In this document: one piece after another, positions 28,400 through 42,438 of the stretch
Layout: each line of letters starts with the position of its first letter
Position numbering within the stretch: position 1 is the first letter of the stretch
NCBI RefSeq assembly: GCF_037042905.1
Contig: NC_087245.1
Coordinates: 30,630,001 to 30,694,000, forward strand
Length of the DNA: 64,000 nucleotides
From: Lytechinus pictus
Taxonomy: Eukaryota
Direction: 5' to 3'
Made by a program: the position numbers and the translations under genes
The notes under the pieces: model-generated
What the model was told of the DNA's origin: nothing
The model's database searches: none
Seen by the model: the letters and a program-made list of their open reading frames with translations, nothing else

Positions 28400-31300
28400 C
28401 CCCTATGCCGAACATCAGTTGGGTGCCCCCCTAGGTTGAACATCAATTCTGCGCCCCCCTAGGTCAAATATTAATTCGGCACCTCAAGGTCTAACATCAA
28501 TTTGGACCCCCCCCCCCTTGGTGCAATATAAATTCAGCCCCGCGAGGTTGAACATCAATACGGCGCCCCCCCCCCTCCCCTAGGTTTAAGATCGATTAGG
28601 AGCCAACGTGTTAAACATCCATTTGGCGCCCAAAGACAAACGTCAAATTGGCTCCCCTATGTCAAACATAAATTTTGCGTCCTTAGGTTTAACACTAAAT
28701 CGGCAACCTTATGTCGAACATGAATTCGGCGCCCTAAGTAAAATATGAATTCGGCGCCTACCTAGGTCGGACACATTAATTCGGCACCAACTTAGTTCGG
28801 ACATTAATTTGGCTCCCCTTTGTCGAACATCAATTCGGCGCCTCTAGATCGAATATCAATTTTGCGCGTTTTAGGTGCAACATCAATTCAGCCCCCCCCC
28901 CCAGGTTGAACATCAATTCAACGCCCGTCTTCCATGTTTAAGATCAATTTGACAAACGTCAAATTGGCGCCCCTAGGTCGAACATTAACTTGGCGCCCCC
29001 TCCCCTAAGTTTAAGATCAATTCGACACCCCTATGTCGAACATCGATTTGGCGTCCCCCTTGGTGAAACATCAAATCAGCCCCCCCCCCTAATTGAACAT
29101 CAATTCGGCGCCCAAGTATTTCGGACATTAATTCGGCTCCCCCTTTGTCGAACATAAATTCGGCGCCTCTACACATCGAATATCGATTTTGCGCCCCCAT
29201 GATGCAACTTCAATTCAGCCCCCCCTCCCAGTTTGAACATCAATTCGGCGCCCCTCCAATAGGTTAAAGATCAATTCGACGCCCCTTTGTCGAACATCGA
29301 TTTGGCGGCGCCCCCCCCCCCCTTGGTAAAACATCAAATCAGCCCCCCCCCCCTTGAACATCGATCCGGCGCCCCTATGTCGAATATCAATTCAGCCCCC
29401 CCCTGTTGAACATCAATTTGGCGCCCCTCCCCTAGGTTTAAGATCAATTCGACGCACCTATGTCGATCATCGACTTGGCGCCCCCCTTGGTGAAACATCA
29501 ATTCAGCCCCCCCCCCCTAGGTTGAACATTAATTCGGTGCCTCTAGGTCTAACATCAATTTGGCGCCCCCCCCCTGGTGCAACATAAATTTGGCGCCCCT
29601 CCCCTAGGTTTAAGATCAATTCGACGCCCCTATGTCGAACATCAATTTGGCGCCCCCCTTGGTGAAACATCAATTCAGCCCCCCCCCCCTTGTTAAAAAT
29701 CAATTCGGCGCCTTTAGATCGAATATCAATTTTGCGCCCCTTTTGGTGCAACATCAATTCAGCCCCCCCCCCCCAGGATGAACATCAATTCAACGCCCCT
29801 CCCCTAGGTTTAAGATCAATTTGGAGCCGGCTTGTCAAACATCAATTTGGCGCCCCTAGGTGGAACATTATTCGGTGCCCCCTAGGTGGAGCATTAATTC
29901 GGTGCCCCCTAGGTTTAACACTAAATCGGCAACCTTATGTCGAACATCAATTTGGCGCCCCTCTGTCGAACATCAATTCGGTACCCTCCTATGTCGAACA
30001 TCAATTGGGCGCCTCTAGATCGAATATCAATTTGGCGCCCCTCTTGGTGCAACATCATTTCACCACCCCCTCCCCTAGGGTTTAGATCAATTCGACACCC
30101 CTCCCCTAGGTTTTAAGATCAATTCGACGCCCCTATGTCGAACATCTATTCGGCGTCCCCCTTGGTGCAACAACAATTCAGCCCCCCCCCCCCTTGGTTG
30201 AACATTAATTCGGAGCCCAAGTGACAAACATCCATTTGGCGCCACAAGACAAACGTTAAATTGGCGCCCTTTTGTCGAACATCAATTAGCGCCCCTAGGT
30301 CGAATATAATATTAATTCGATGCCCCTCCCCTAGGTTTAAGATCAATTCGATGCCCCTATGTCGATATCGATTTGGCGCCCCCCTTGGTGAAACATCAAT
30401 TCAGCCCCCCCCCCTAGGTTTAACACTAAATCGGCAATCTTATGTCGAACATGAATTCGGCACCCTCCTATGTCGAGCATGAATTCGGCGCCCCTGAGTA
30501 AAATATGAATTCGGCGCCTACTTAGGTCGGACATTAATTTGGCGCCAACTTAGTTCGGACATTAATTCGGCTCCCCCTTTGTCGAACATCTATTCGGAGC
30601 CTCTAGCTCTAGATCGAATATCAATTTTGCGCCTTCTAGGTGCAACATCAATTCAGCCCCCCCCCCCTAGGTTGAACATCAATTCAACGCCCCCCTTCTA
30701 TGTTTAAGATCGATTCGACGCCCCTATGTCGAACATCAATTCAGCCCCCCCCCCCTAGTCGAACATCAATTCGGAGCTCACGTGTCAAACATCCATTTGG
30801 CGCCTCCAGACAAACGTCAAATTGACGCCCTTATGTCGAACATCAATTCGGCGCCTCTCCCAAAGGTTTAAGATTAATTTGACGCCCCTATGTCGAACAT
30901 CGATTTGGCGCCCCCTTTCGTGAAACATCAATTCAGCCCCCCCCCCCTTGTTGAACATCAATTCGGCTCCCTAAGTCGAACATCACTTCTGCGCCCCCCA
31001 AGGTCGAACATTAATTCGGCACCTCTAGGTCTAACATCAATTTTTTGCCCCCCCCCCCCTTGGTGCAACATAAATTCAGCCCCCAACTAGGTTGAACATA
31101 TATTTGGCGCCAATTTGTCGAATATCAATTCGGCGCCCCTTGATCGAACATCAACTCGGCGCCCCCTCCCCTAAGTTTAAGATCAATTCGACGCCCCTAT
31201 GTCGAACATCGATTTGGCGTCCCCCTTGGTGAAACATCAAATCAGCCCCCCCCCCCCTTATTGAACATCAATTCGGCGCCCAAGTATTTCGGACATTAAT

Positions 31301-34300
31301 TCGGCTCCCCCTTTGTCGAACATAAATTCGGCGCCTCTACACATCGAATATCGATTTTGCGCCCCCATGATGCAACTTCAATTCAGCCCCCCTCCCAGTT
31401 TGAACATCAATTCGGCGACCCTCCCATAGGTTAAAGATCAATTCGACGCCCCTTTGTCGAACATCGATTTGGCGGCGCCCCCCCCCCCTTGAACATCGAT
31501 TCGGCGCCCCTAAGTCGAATATCAATTCAGCCCCCATGTTGAACATCAATTTGGCGCTCCTCCCCTAGGTTTAAGATCAATTCGACGCCCCTATGTCGAT
31601 CATCGATTTGGCGCCCCCCTTGGTGAAACATCAATTCAGCCCCCCCCCTAGGTTGAACATTAATTCGGCGCCTCTAGGTCCAACATCAATTTGGCGCCCC
31701 CCCCCCCCTGGTGCAACATAAATTCGGCGCCCCCTCCCCTAGGTTTAAGATCAATTCGGAGCCGGCTTGTCAAACATCAATTTGGCGCCCCTAGGTGGAA
31801 CATTATTTGGTTCCCCCCCCCCCCTGGGTGGAGCATTAATTCGGTGCCCCCTAGGTTTAACACTTAATCGACAACCTTATGTCGAACATCAATTTGGCGC
31901 CCCTCTGTCGAACATCAATTCGGCACCCTCCTATGTCGAACATCAATTCGGCGCCACTGAGTAAAATATGAATTCGGCGCCTACTTAGGTCGGACATTAA
32001 TTCGGCTCCCCCTTTGTCGAACATCAATTGGCACCCCTCTTGGGCAACATCAGTTCAGCCCTCCCCCAGGTTGAACATCAATTCACCACCCCCTCCCCTA
32101 GGGTTTAGATCAATTCGACACCCCTATGTCGAACATCAATGTGGCGCCCCCCTTGGTGCAACAACAATTCAGCACCCCCCTCCCCCTGGTTGAACATTAA
32201 TTCGGAGCCCACGTGTCAAACATCCAATTTGCGCCACAAGACAAACGTCAAATTGGTGCCCTTACGTCGAACATAAATTTGACCTCCCTAGGTCGAACAT
32301 CAATTCGGCACCCCTTCCCTAGGTTTAAGATCAATTCGACGCCCCTATGTCGAACATCAGTTGGGCGCCCCCCCCCCCCCCACTAGGTCTAACATCAATT
32401 TGCCCCCCCCCCTTGGTGCAACATAAATTCAGTCCCGCGAGGTTAAACATCAATTCGGTGCCCCCCCCCCCCCTCTCCCCTAGGTTTAAGATCAATTCGG
32501 AGCCAACGTGTCAAACATCCATTTGGCGCCCAAAGACAAACGTCAAATTGGCTCCCCTATGTCAAACATAAATTTTGCGTCCTTAGGTTTAACACTAAAT
32601 CGGCAACCTTATGTCGAACATGAATTCGGCACCCTCCTATGTCGAGCATGAATTCGGCGCCCCTGAGTAAAATATGAATTCGGCGCCTACTTAGGTCGGA
32701 CATTAATTTGGCGCCAACTTAGTTCGGACATTAATTCGGCTCCCCCTTTGTCGAACATCTATTCGGAGCCTCTAGCTCTAGATCGAATATCAATTTTGCG
32801 CCTTCTAGGTGCAACATCAATTCAGCCCCCCCCCCCCCTAGGTTGAACATCAATTCAACGCCCCCTCTTCTATGTTTAAGATCGATTCGACGCCCCTATG
32901 TCGAACATCAATTCAGCCCCCCCCCCTAGTCGAACATCAACTCGGAGCTCACGTGTCAAACATCCATTTGGCGCCTCCAGACAAACGTCAAATTGACGCC
33001 CTTATGTCGAACATCAATTCGGCGCCCCTCCCAAAGGTTTAAGATCAATTTGACGCCCCTATGTCGAACATCGATTTGGCGCCCCCTTTCGTGAAACATC
33101 AATTCAGCCCCCCCCCCCCCTGGTTGAACATCAATTCGGCTCCCTAAGTCGAACATCACTTCTGCGCCCCCCAAGGTCGAACATTAATTCGGCACCTCTA
33201 GGTCTAACATCAATTTTTTGCCCCCCCCCCCTTGGTGCAACATAAATTCAGCCCCCAACCAGGTTGAACATATATTCGGCGCCCCTATGTCGAATATCAA
33301 TTCAGCCCCCCTGTTGAACATCAACTCGGCAACCCTCCCCTAGGTTTAAGATCAATTCGACGCCCCTATGTCGATCATCGATTTGGCGCCCCCCTTGGTG
33401 AAACATCAATTCAGCCCCCCCCCCCTAGGTTGAACATTAATTCGGCGCCTCTAGGTCCAACATCAATTTGGCGCCCCCCCCCCCTGGTGCAACATAAATT
33501 CGGCGCCCCCTCCCCTAGGTTTAAGATCAATTCGGAGCCGGCTTGTCAAACATCAATTTGGCGCCCCTAGGTGGAACATTATTTGGTGCCCCCCCCCCTA
33601 GGTGGAGCATTAATTCGGTGCCCCCTAGGTTTAACACTTAATCGGCAACCTTATGTCGAACATCAATTTGGCGCCCCTCTGTCGAACATCAATTCGGCAC
33701 CCTCCTATGTCGAACATCAATTTGGCGCCCCTGAGTAAAATATGAATTCGGCGCCTACTTAGGTCGGACATTAGTTCGGCTCCCCCTTTGTCGAACATCA
33801 ATTGGCACCCCTCTTGGGCAACATCAGTTCAGCCCTCCCCCAGGTTGAACATCAATTCACCACCCCCTCCCCTAGGGTTTAGATCAATTCGACACCCCTA
33901 TGTCGAACATCAATTTGGCGCCCCCCTTGGTGCAACAACAATTCAGCACCCCCCTCCCCCTGGTTGAACATTAATTCGGAGCCCACGTGTCAAACATCCA
34001 ATTTGCGCCACAAGACAAACGTCAAATTGGTGCCCTTACGTCGAACATAAATTTGACCTCCCTAGGTCGAACATCAATTCGGCATCCCTTCCCTAGGTTT
34101 AAGATCAATTCGACGCCCCTATGTCGAACATCAGTTGGGCGCCCCCCCCCCCCCACTAGGTCTAACATCAATTTGCCCCCCCCCCCCTTGGTGCAACATA
34201 AATTCAGTCCCGCGAGGTTAAACATCAATTCGGTGCCCCCCCCCTCTCCCCTAGGTTTAAGATCAATTCGGAGCCAACGTGTCAAACATCCATTTGGCGC

Positions 34301-34400
34301 CCAAAGACAAACGTCAAATTGGCTCCCCTATGTCAAACATAAATGTTGCGTCCTTAGGTTTAACACTAAATCGGCAACCTTATGTCGAACATGAATTCGG
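28400..34400 (+). repeat. Intermediate satellite domain with rearranged ~1.8-2.2 kb units
   Basis: The block 'aacactaaatcggcaa..atgaattcggcaccctccta' recurs at ~30,420, ~32,590 and ~34,360. The second unit lacks ~400 bp present at ~31,110-31,510. Substitutions relative to the 4.37 kb HOR increase from ~28,400. Confidence 0.8.
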
Positions 34401-35696
34401 CACCCTCCTATTACGAGCATTAATTCGGCGCCCCTGAGTAAAATATGTATTCGGCGCCTACTTAGGTCGGATATTAATTTGGCGCCAACTTAGTTCGGAC
34501 ATTAATTCGGCTCCCCTTTGTCGAATATCGATTCGGCGCCTCTAGATCGAATATCAATTTTGCGCCCCTCTTTGTGCAACATCAATTCAGCCTCCCCCAG
34601 GTTGAACATCAATTCAACGCCCCTCCCCTTGTGTTTCAGATCAATTCGACGCCCCTATTTCGAACATCCATTTGGCGCCCCCCTTGGTACGACATCAATT
34701 TACCCCCCCCCCTAGGTGAACATCAACTCGAAGCCCACGTGTCCAACATCCATTTGGTGCCTCAAGACAAACGTCAAATTGGCGCCCTTATGTCAAATAT
34801 CAATTTGGTGCCCCTTGGTCGAACATTAATTCGGTGCCCCCTAGGTGGAACATCACTTCGATGCCCCTAGGTTTAACACTAAATCGGCATCCACATGTCG
34901 AATATCAATTCGGCGCCAAAAGGTCGAACATAAATTTGGCGCCCCCTCTGTCGAACATCTATTCGGCGCCTCACCCCCCTTCGGTTGAACATCAATTTGG
35001 CGCCCCCCCCCATTTCGAACTTCAATTCAGCGCCACCAGGTAGAACGTCACCTTGGTGCCCCCGTCATCATAGGTTTAAGATCAATTCGGTGCCCATTTG
35101 TCGAACATCAATTTTGCGCCCCCCCCCTTTGGTGCACCATCAATTCAGCCCCCCCCCCCCGGTTGAATATCAGCTCGGCGCCCCTATGTCGAACATTAAT
35201 TTTGCTCCCCCCCCCTCTTAGTTGAACATCAATTCTGCGCCCCCTTAAGGTAGAACATAAATTCGGCATCTCTACGTCGAATATTAATTTGGCGCCATCC
35301 CCCCTTGCCCCTTTGGTGCAACATAAATTCAGCCCCCCCCCCCCTGGTTGAATATCAGCTCGGCGCCCCTATGTCGAACATTAATTTTGCTCCGCCCCCC
35401 CCCCCCCCTTGGTTGAACATCAATTCAGCCCCGAAGTTGAACATTTATTCGGCGACCCCTCCCCTAGGTTTAAGATCAATTCGGAGCCCACGTGTCAAAC
35501 ATCCATTTGGCGCCCCAAGATAAATGTCAAATTGGCGCCCCTATGTCGAACAATAATTCAGCGCTCCCTGCAGTTTAACACCAATTTGGCGCCCCCCTTA
35601 GGTTGAACTTCAATTCGGCGCCCACCTTAGTCGGACATTTATTCGGCTCCCCCCTCTGTTGAACATTAATTTGGCGTCCCCTTATGTCGAACATTA

Positions 35697-36897
35697 TTTT
35701 ACTAATTAAAAACTCTGACAGTATTTGACATAATTACACTACAACGTTTATTGTTTATACTTGAGTATTTAAATGCGATGCTGCCACAATCATTTCAAAA
35801 TTGTTATATTTTAAATAACACCATTCATGATTACCCCACCTGTAATTCTTCTAAATTACATTAAATCAATCCAAAACTGCTTCTTGTCCAGAGATTGGAA
35901 TCCTCTCCCAGAATCAATTAAATCTTCTTGCTCCCTACACTCATTTAAAGCTTAAGTTAAAGGTCAAGTCCACCCCAGAAAAATGTTGATTTGAATAAAT
36001 AGAGAAAAATCAAACTAACATAATGCTGAAAATTTCATCAAAATCGGATGTAAAATAAGAAAAATATGACATTTTAAAGTTTCGCTTATTTTGCACAAAA
36101 CAGTTATGTGCACAACTCAGTGACATGCAAATGAGACAGTCGATGTCTATCACTCACTATTTCTTTTGTTTTTTATTGTTTGAATTATAAAATATTTCAT
36201 TTTTTACAGATTTGAAAATAAGGACCAACTTGACTGAACCATATAGTATTACACGATGCTAATTCCACATGTTCAGGCAGGAATTAATCATTGTTTCACT
36301 TGACAATAAGGAGAAAATTAGAATATTTCATATTTCATATAATAAAATATACAAAAGAAACAGTGAGTGGATGACATCATCAGTCACCTCATTTGCATAC
36401 CGACCAGGATGTGCATATAACTGTTTTGTGAAATTAAGCGAAACTTTAAAATGCCATAACTTTCTTAATTTACAGCCGATTTTGATGAAATTTTCAGTGT
36501 TATGCTTGGTGTACTTTTCTCTTTTGTTTCAAATCAACTTTTTGTTGGGGTGGACTTGTCCTTTAAGGTCAGCTTACTATCGGAATATGCAAGATAAACT
36601 TTCTGTGTCATCATCGTTTCCTATTCCTTCTCCACCATTATCATCATTATTTCCACCACCACCACCACCACCACCACAATACACCATTATATAATTAACT
36701 GATATTTTGATAATTCGTAATCATCCATTTTACTCATAATATGGTTATATAATTGATAAATGTTTTGGAATGTCATATTTTTAAGCATTTGTTTGCTTAC
36801 AATCCATATTCTGCAACTGAATTTATGAAAATATATCTACTATATTTATGTTATATTATATTGATACGTAGAAGAAAAAAAAAATCAAATCAAATCA
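35697..36897 (+). mobile_element. Decayed 3' fragment of a CR1/L2-group LINE, interrupted by a TTAA-flanked MITE
   Basis: Translates to a degraded RT C-terminus (YLNAMLPQSFQN..IHDYPT..WNPLPESIKSSCSLHSFK) with stops and deletions, then a (CCA)n-containing 3' UTR and an (AAATC)n tail. Confidence 0.8.
35961..36562. mobile_element. Non-autonomous DNA transposon (Kolobok-like MITE), 602 bp, TTAA TSD
   Basis: TTAA|AGGTCAAGTCCACCCCA...TGGGGTGGACTTGTCCT|TTAA with long imperfect inverted arms. The empty site GTTAAGGTCA is present in the paralogous LINE copy at ~41,991. Confidence 0.88.
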
Positions 36898-37116
36898 AAC
36901 ATCAATCCGGCGCCAATAGGTAGAACGTTAATTCGGCGCCCCCCCCCCCCTAGGTTTACGATCAATTCGGCGCCCCTATGTCGAACATCAATTTTGCGCA
37001 CCCCTTGGTGGAACATCAATTCAGCCCCCCCCCCCCCGTTGAACATCAATTCGGCCACCCTATGTCTAACATCAATTTGGCGCCCCAAGGCCGAGAATTA
37101 ATCCGGCGCCCCCTAG

Positions 37117-38434
37117 GTGGAACATCAATTCGGTGCCCCTCTATGTTTAACACAAATTCGGGGCCCCAAGGTAAAATATGAATTCGGCGCCTTCCTAGGT
37201 CGGAAATTATTTCGGCCCCCCTTAATTATGTCAATCATCAATTCGACGCTACCACCCCCCCCCCTCCTCGGTCGATCATCAATTTGGCGCCCCCTTATGT
37301 CGGACATCAATTCGGCATAACTAGGTAGAACGTTAATTCGGCGCCCCCTCCCCTAGGTTTAAGATCAACTCGGCGCCCCCTAGGTCGAACATCGATTCTG
37401 CGCACCCCCCCTTAGGTCGAACACCAATTCAGCACCCCTAGGTCGAACATCAATTCGGCGCCCCTTGGTCGAACATCGACTCGGCGCCCCCTCCCCCTCT
37501 AGGTCGAACTTAAATTCGGCACCCCCCCCTACGTCGAACATCGATTCGGTGCCCCCTAGGTTGAACGTCATTTCGGCGCCCTTCCCCTAGATTTAAGATC
37601 AATTCGGCGCCCCTTTGTCGAACATCAAATTGGCGCCCCCTTGGTGCAACATCATTTCAGCACCCCGAGGTTGAAAATCTATTCGGCACCCCTATGTCGA
37701 TCAATTTGGCGCCCCTAAGTTAAATATTCATTCCGCGCCCCCTAGGTTGAATATCAATTAACTCCCCTCCCCCCGGTGGAACATCAATTCGGTGCCCCTC
37801 TATGTTTAACACAAATTCGGGGCCCCAAAGTAAAATATGAATTCGGCGCCTTCCTAGGTCGGAAATTATTTCGGCCCCCCTTAATTATGTCAATCATCAA
37901 TTCGACGCTACCCCCCCCCCCCTCCTCGGTCGATCATCAATTTGGCGCCCCCTTATGTCGGACATCAATTCGGCATAACTAGGTAGAACGTTAATTCGGC
38001 GCCCCCTCCCCTAGGTTTAAGATCAACTCGGCGCCCCCTAGGTCGAACATCGATTCTGCGCACCCCCCCTTAGGTCGAACACCAATTCAGCACCCCTTGG
38101 TCGAACATCAATTCGGCGCCCCTTGGTCGAACATCGACTCGGCGCCCCCTCCCCCTCTAGGTCGAACTTGAATTCGGCACCCCCCCCCTACGTCGAACAT
38201 CGATTCGGTGCCCCCTAGGTTGAACGTCATTTCGGCGCCCTTCCCCTAGATTTAAGATCAATTCGGCGCCCCTTTGTCGAACATCAAATTGGCGCCCCCT
38301 TGGTGCAACATCATTTCAGCACCCCGAGGTTGAAAATCTATTCGGCACCCCTATGTCGATCAATTTGGCGCCCCTAAGTTAAATATTCATTCCGCGCCCC
38401 CTAGGTTGAATATCAATTAACTCCCCTCCCCCCG
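37117..38434 (+). repeat. 659 bp tandem duplication inside the degenerate satellite edge
   Basis: Near-identical sequence starts at 37,117 and 37,776 (matching ORF starts MEHQFGAPLCLTQIRGPKVKY). Confidence 0.9.
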
Positions 38435-38827
38435 GTTGAACAACAATTCGGCGCCAATAGGTTGCATGGCAATTTGACGCACCCCTCGGTTTAACACATT
38501 TTCGGCGCCCCCCTAAAATTGAACATCGATTCTCCGCCCCGCTAGGTCGAACATCAATTCGACGCCCCTAGGTCGAACATCGACTCGGCGCCACCTAGGT
38601 CGACCATAAATTCGGCACCCCCCCCCCTATGTCAAACATCAATTCGGCGCCCCCTAGGTTGAACATCAATTTTTGCAACAGTAGGTTGAACGTCGATTCG
38701 GCGCCCCCCTACCCTAGGTTGAAGATTAATTCGGCGCCTCTATGTCGAACGTCAATTTGGCGCCCCTTTGGTGCAACATCATTTCAGCCCCCCCCCCCAG
38801 ACTGAACATCGATTCGGCGCCCCCTAT

Positions 38828-40050
38828 TTATTTTTTTTAATTATTTATTTATTTATTCTTCACTTATTTGTTTATTCATTTATTTATTTATTTATTTATT
38901 TATTTATTTGTTTATTTATTCTTCACTTATTTGTTTATTCATTTATTTATTTGTTTATTTATTTATTTATTTATCTATCTATTTATTTCAATATATTTCT
39001 CCCGCGGGGTCCTGGAATACATGATAAAAACAAGTATAAACACATTTAAATACATATAAAATATACAAAGTAATATTTCAAATAACTTAACTCATATCAT
39101 AACAGAAAACAAAAAGCAAGCATACGGCATCGTTAAAAACATGATACTAATTAACAAAATTACACAAAAAGCAATACATATAAAAAAAAAAAAGTAGATA
39201 TACATAAAAAGTTGATTTCCATTTAAAAGGCAATAATAAAACTTAAAATTTAAAAAGATGCACTTTCAGTTTCTGTTTAAAACTTGATAGAGATTTTGAC
39301 TGTTTCAAATAAAATGGCAAGTTGTTCCAAAGTAAAATTGCTGAGTAAGATCAAGAGTGTTTGAAAATTTCGGTATGAGTTTTTGGGGTGATCAAATTAT
39401 CTTTTGCCGCATATCTAGTGTTAAAACAATGATAGTCACTTGCAAAAGTAAACACATTACGATAGAATCCCGATGACAGACCATTGATACATCTATACAT
39501 AAAAAATCACTTAAAATAGGTAACGCGATCGTTGAAAATTCACAAAAACATTTCTTTTGATGGGGTATAGGCTACAAATTACATTTTAGGATTAATCTAG
39601 CCGCTCTTTTTTTAAGTTTGATTATACGATCTATGTCCTTATTGAAACGCAACCCCCAGATTTCACAGTAATAATCAAGGTGTGATTGGACTAAACATAA
39701 GTATCGAGTCTTGAGGGTATTTTGGTCAACATAAGCCCTAACCCTTCTTAGCATACCTAGGCTGGCATACACCTTTTTACATACATTATCAACTTGGTAT
39801 TACCAAGATCGGTGTTGATCAATTAATTACTCCAAGACATTTTATCGTTGTACATCGTTCTATAACATCCCCATTAAATTTGAGAATTGCATCTTCCATA
39901 GAAAAAATAGATATCTTTTTTATCCGTGTTAAGCTTTAGTTTATTTACGTTTAACCATTCTTTTAAGGAATTCATATCATCCTGAAGCTTATATTGAATA
40001 TCTTGTGCAGACGTACTGTGAACATATAATGTGGTGTCGTCTGCGAACAT
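38828..40050 (-). mobile_element. Decayed 5'-truncated CR1/L2-group LINE, antisense to the satellite
   Basis: The minus strand reads MFADDTTLYVHS...LQDDMNSLKEWLNVNKLKLN, then (ORF 39572-39772) LGMLRRVR..HLDYYCEIWG..KRAARLIL, then WNNLP. It has frameshifts and a ~160 bp degenerate (TAAA)n tail at 38,828-38,986. Confidence 0.9.
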
Positions 40051-40939
40051 CAATTCAGCTCCCCTAAGGGAAATATGAATTCGGCGCCACCCCCTTGGTC
40101 AGACATTGATTTGACTCCCCCTATGTCGAACATCAATTCGGCGACACTGTGTAGAACGTCAATTCGGCGCCCCTACGTCGAACATCATTTTGGCGCCCCG
40201 CTAGGTGGAACATCAATTCAGCACCCAGGTTGAACATGAATTCGGTGCCTCTATGTCGAACACCAATTCGGCGCCCCCTAAGACGAACATGAATTAGTCA
40301 CCCCCCATGTCTAACATCGATTCGGTGCCCCTAGGTTGAACATCGATTCGGCGCCTTTAGGTCGAATATCATTATTTTGGAAATTTGTCAAATCTAGAAA
40401 GTCTGAGAGAATTTCTGTTGAATGTTAAAAACCATTTGGCGTCCCCTATGTCGAACATCGATTCGGCGCCACTAGGTAGAACAATTCGGTGCGCCCCTCC
40501 TAGGTCAAAGATAAATGCGGCGCCCCTATGTCGAACATCAATTTTGCGCCCCCTTGTTGGAAGATCAATGCAGCCACCTCCTCCCCCCCCCCCAAGGCTG
40601 AAAATTAATTCGGCGCCCTCCCCCTAGGTGGAACATCGGAGGAACATAGCAGCCCCCAGGTTGAACATAAATTCGGTGCCCCTTTATTTAACATAAATTT
40701 CGCGCCCCAGGACAAACATCAAATTGGCGCCCCCATGTTGAACATCAATTCAGCACCCCTAGGTCAAACATTAATTCGGCACTCTCTTAGGTTGAAAATC
40801 AATCCAGCCCCGCCCCCTAGATTAAAGATCGATTCGGCGCCCCTGTGTCAAACACCAATTTGGCAGCCCCTAGGTTGAACATCAATTCGGCGCCCCTAAG
40901 TGAAATATGTATTCGCCCCCCCCCCCTTGATCAGACATT

Positions 40940-41118
40940 TTTTAGCATTATTTGTATTTTAGTTTTGCTGTATATAATTACATGTATCCCTAAGTATTTG
41001 TAATCTTTCCTTTTATTAAGTGTATATTTTCTTTATGCAGGACCATTATGTGAAACAGCCTGCGAGCTGATTAATGTTTTATCCTGTTGAAAGATGTTTT
41101 AATAAATAAATAAATAAA
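40940..41118 (+). mobile_element. Extreme 3' end (UTR only) of a CR1/L2-group LINE
   Basis: AT-rich insert splitting a monomer (CAGACATT^GATTCGGCTCC), with a terminal stem-loop at 41,038-41,086 and a (TAAA)n tail. Confidence 0.75.
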
Positions 41119-41781
41119 TTGATTCGGCTCCCCACTGTGTCGAACATCGATTCGGTGTCACTTGGTAGAACGTCAATTCGGCGCCCCCGCTAGGTGGAAC
41201 ATCAATTCAGCCGCCCGGGTTGAACATAAATTCGGTGCCTCTATGTTGAACATCAATTCGCCACCACTAGGGCAAACGTCAACTTGGCGTCACCCTCGGT
41301 TTAACAATAATTCAGCGCCCCCTCAGGTCGAACATCAATTCGGCACCCCCCCCCTAAGTCGAACATAAATTTGGCACCCCCCATGTCAATCTTCAATTCG
41401 TCGCTACTAAATAAAATATGAATTCGGCGCCCACCTAGGTTTGACATTAATTCGGCTCCCCCTATGTCGAACATCGATTCGGCGCCCCTCCCTCTCCTCG
41501 GTCGATCATCAATTTGGCGCTCCCTATGTCGAAGATCAATTTGGCACCACTAGGTGGAACATCAATTCGGCGCCCCCTCCCCTAGGTTTGAGATCAATTC
41601 GGCGCCCCTATGTCGAACATCAATTTGACGCCCCCTTGGTGCAACATCAATTCGGCGCACCCCTAGGTCGAACATCGATTCGGCACCCCTTTAGTAAAAT
41701 ATGAATTCGGCGCCCATCCAGGTCGAACATAAATTTTCGAACATCAATTCGGCGCCCTCTCCCTCCCTCGGTTGAACATTA

Positions 41782-42438
41782 CTTTCTATATTTAAGTATT
41801 TAAATGGGATGCTACCATCATCATTTCAATTTGTTTACTTTGAATAAAACCATTTATGATTACCCTACCCGTTATTAATCTAATCTACATTAAATTAATC
41901 CAAAACTACTTCTTGTCCAGAGATACATAAGACATCACAATCCCAGAATCAATTAAATCCTCCTGCTCCCTACAGTCATTTAAAGCTAAAGTTAAGGTCA
42001 TGTTACTATCGGAATATGCGAGGTAAATTTTTCTGTCATAATCGTTTCCTATTCCTTTGCCACCACAATTATCACCACCACCACCACCATAATCATCATC
42101 ATCATCATCTTCATTTTCACCATCATTGTTTTTTTTCTTGACTATATATTATATAGCAAATTTTGGTTTGTTTGATTTTCTTTTTTTAATACTTAATTGA
42201 AATATTAATAATTCGTTTTCATCCATTCTGCTCATAATTATATATAATTACGATTACATAATTGATATATGTTTCGGTTTTTCATATTTTCACGCATTGT
42301 TTTGCTTACAATGGTGATCCATCTTCTGCTACTGATTTTATGTTCAATGATATCTTCCTCATATATTGTCACAATATATTTGTTATATTTATTTTATATT
42401 ATATTGGTATGTAGAATAAAACTAAATAAATAAATCAA
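41782..42438 (+). mobile_element. Second copy of the decayed LINE fragment at 35,697, without the MITE
   Basis: Colinear with 35,750-35,960 plus 36,567-36,890 (aatccaaaact.cttcttgtccagagat, cccagaatcaattaaatc, ttactatcggaatatgc, (CCA)n). Confidence 0.85.

Larger units (their letters stand above)
1..28400 (+). repeat. Homogeneous higher-order repeat domain, ~4.37 kb unit
   Basis: Identical spurious ORFs recur at 613/4988/9354 and 17908/22276, and at 3798/8163/12537 and 16716/21085 (spacings 4365-4375). Copies differ mostly in poly-C length. Confidence 0.95.

Noticed and set aside
90..28400. Poly-C length differences between HOR copies as an encoded or biological signal
   Set aside because: They cannot be separated from homopolymer sequencing or consensus error without raw reads.
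36269..36694. 141 aa ORF (and the similar 49425-49739 ORF)
   Set aside because: It lies across a MITE arm and a LINE UTR; similarity between the two reflects the repeat family, not coding conservation.
38768..39059. Hydrophobic FIYL-repeat membrane protein ORFs
   Set aside because: These are translations of the (TTTA)n LINE tail.
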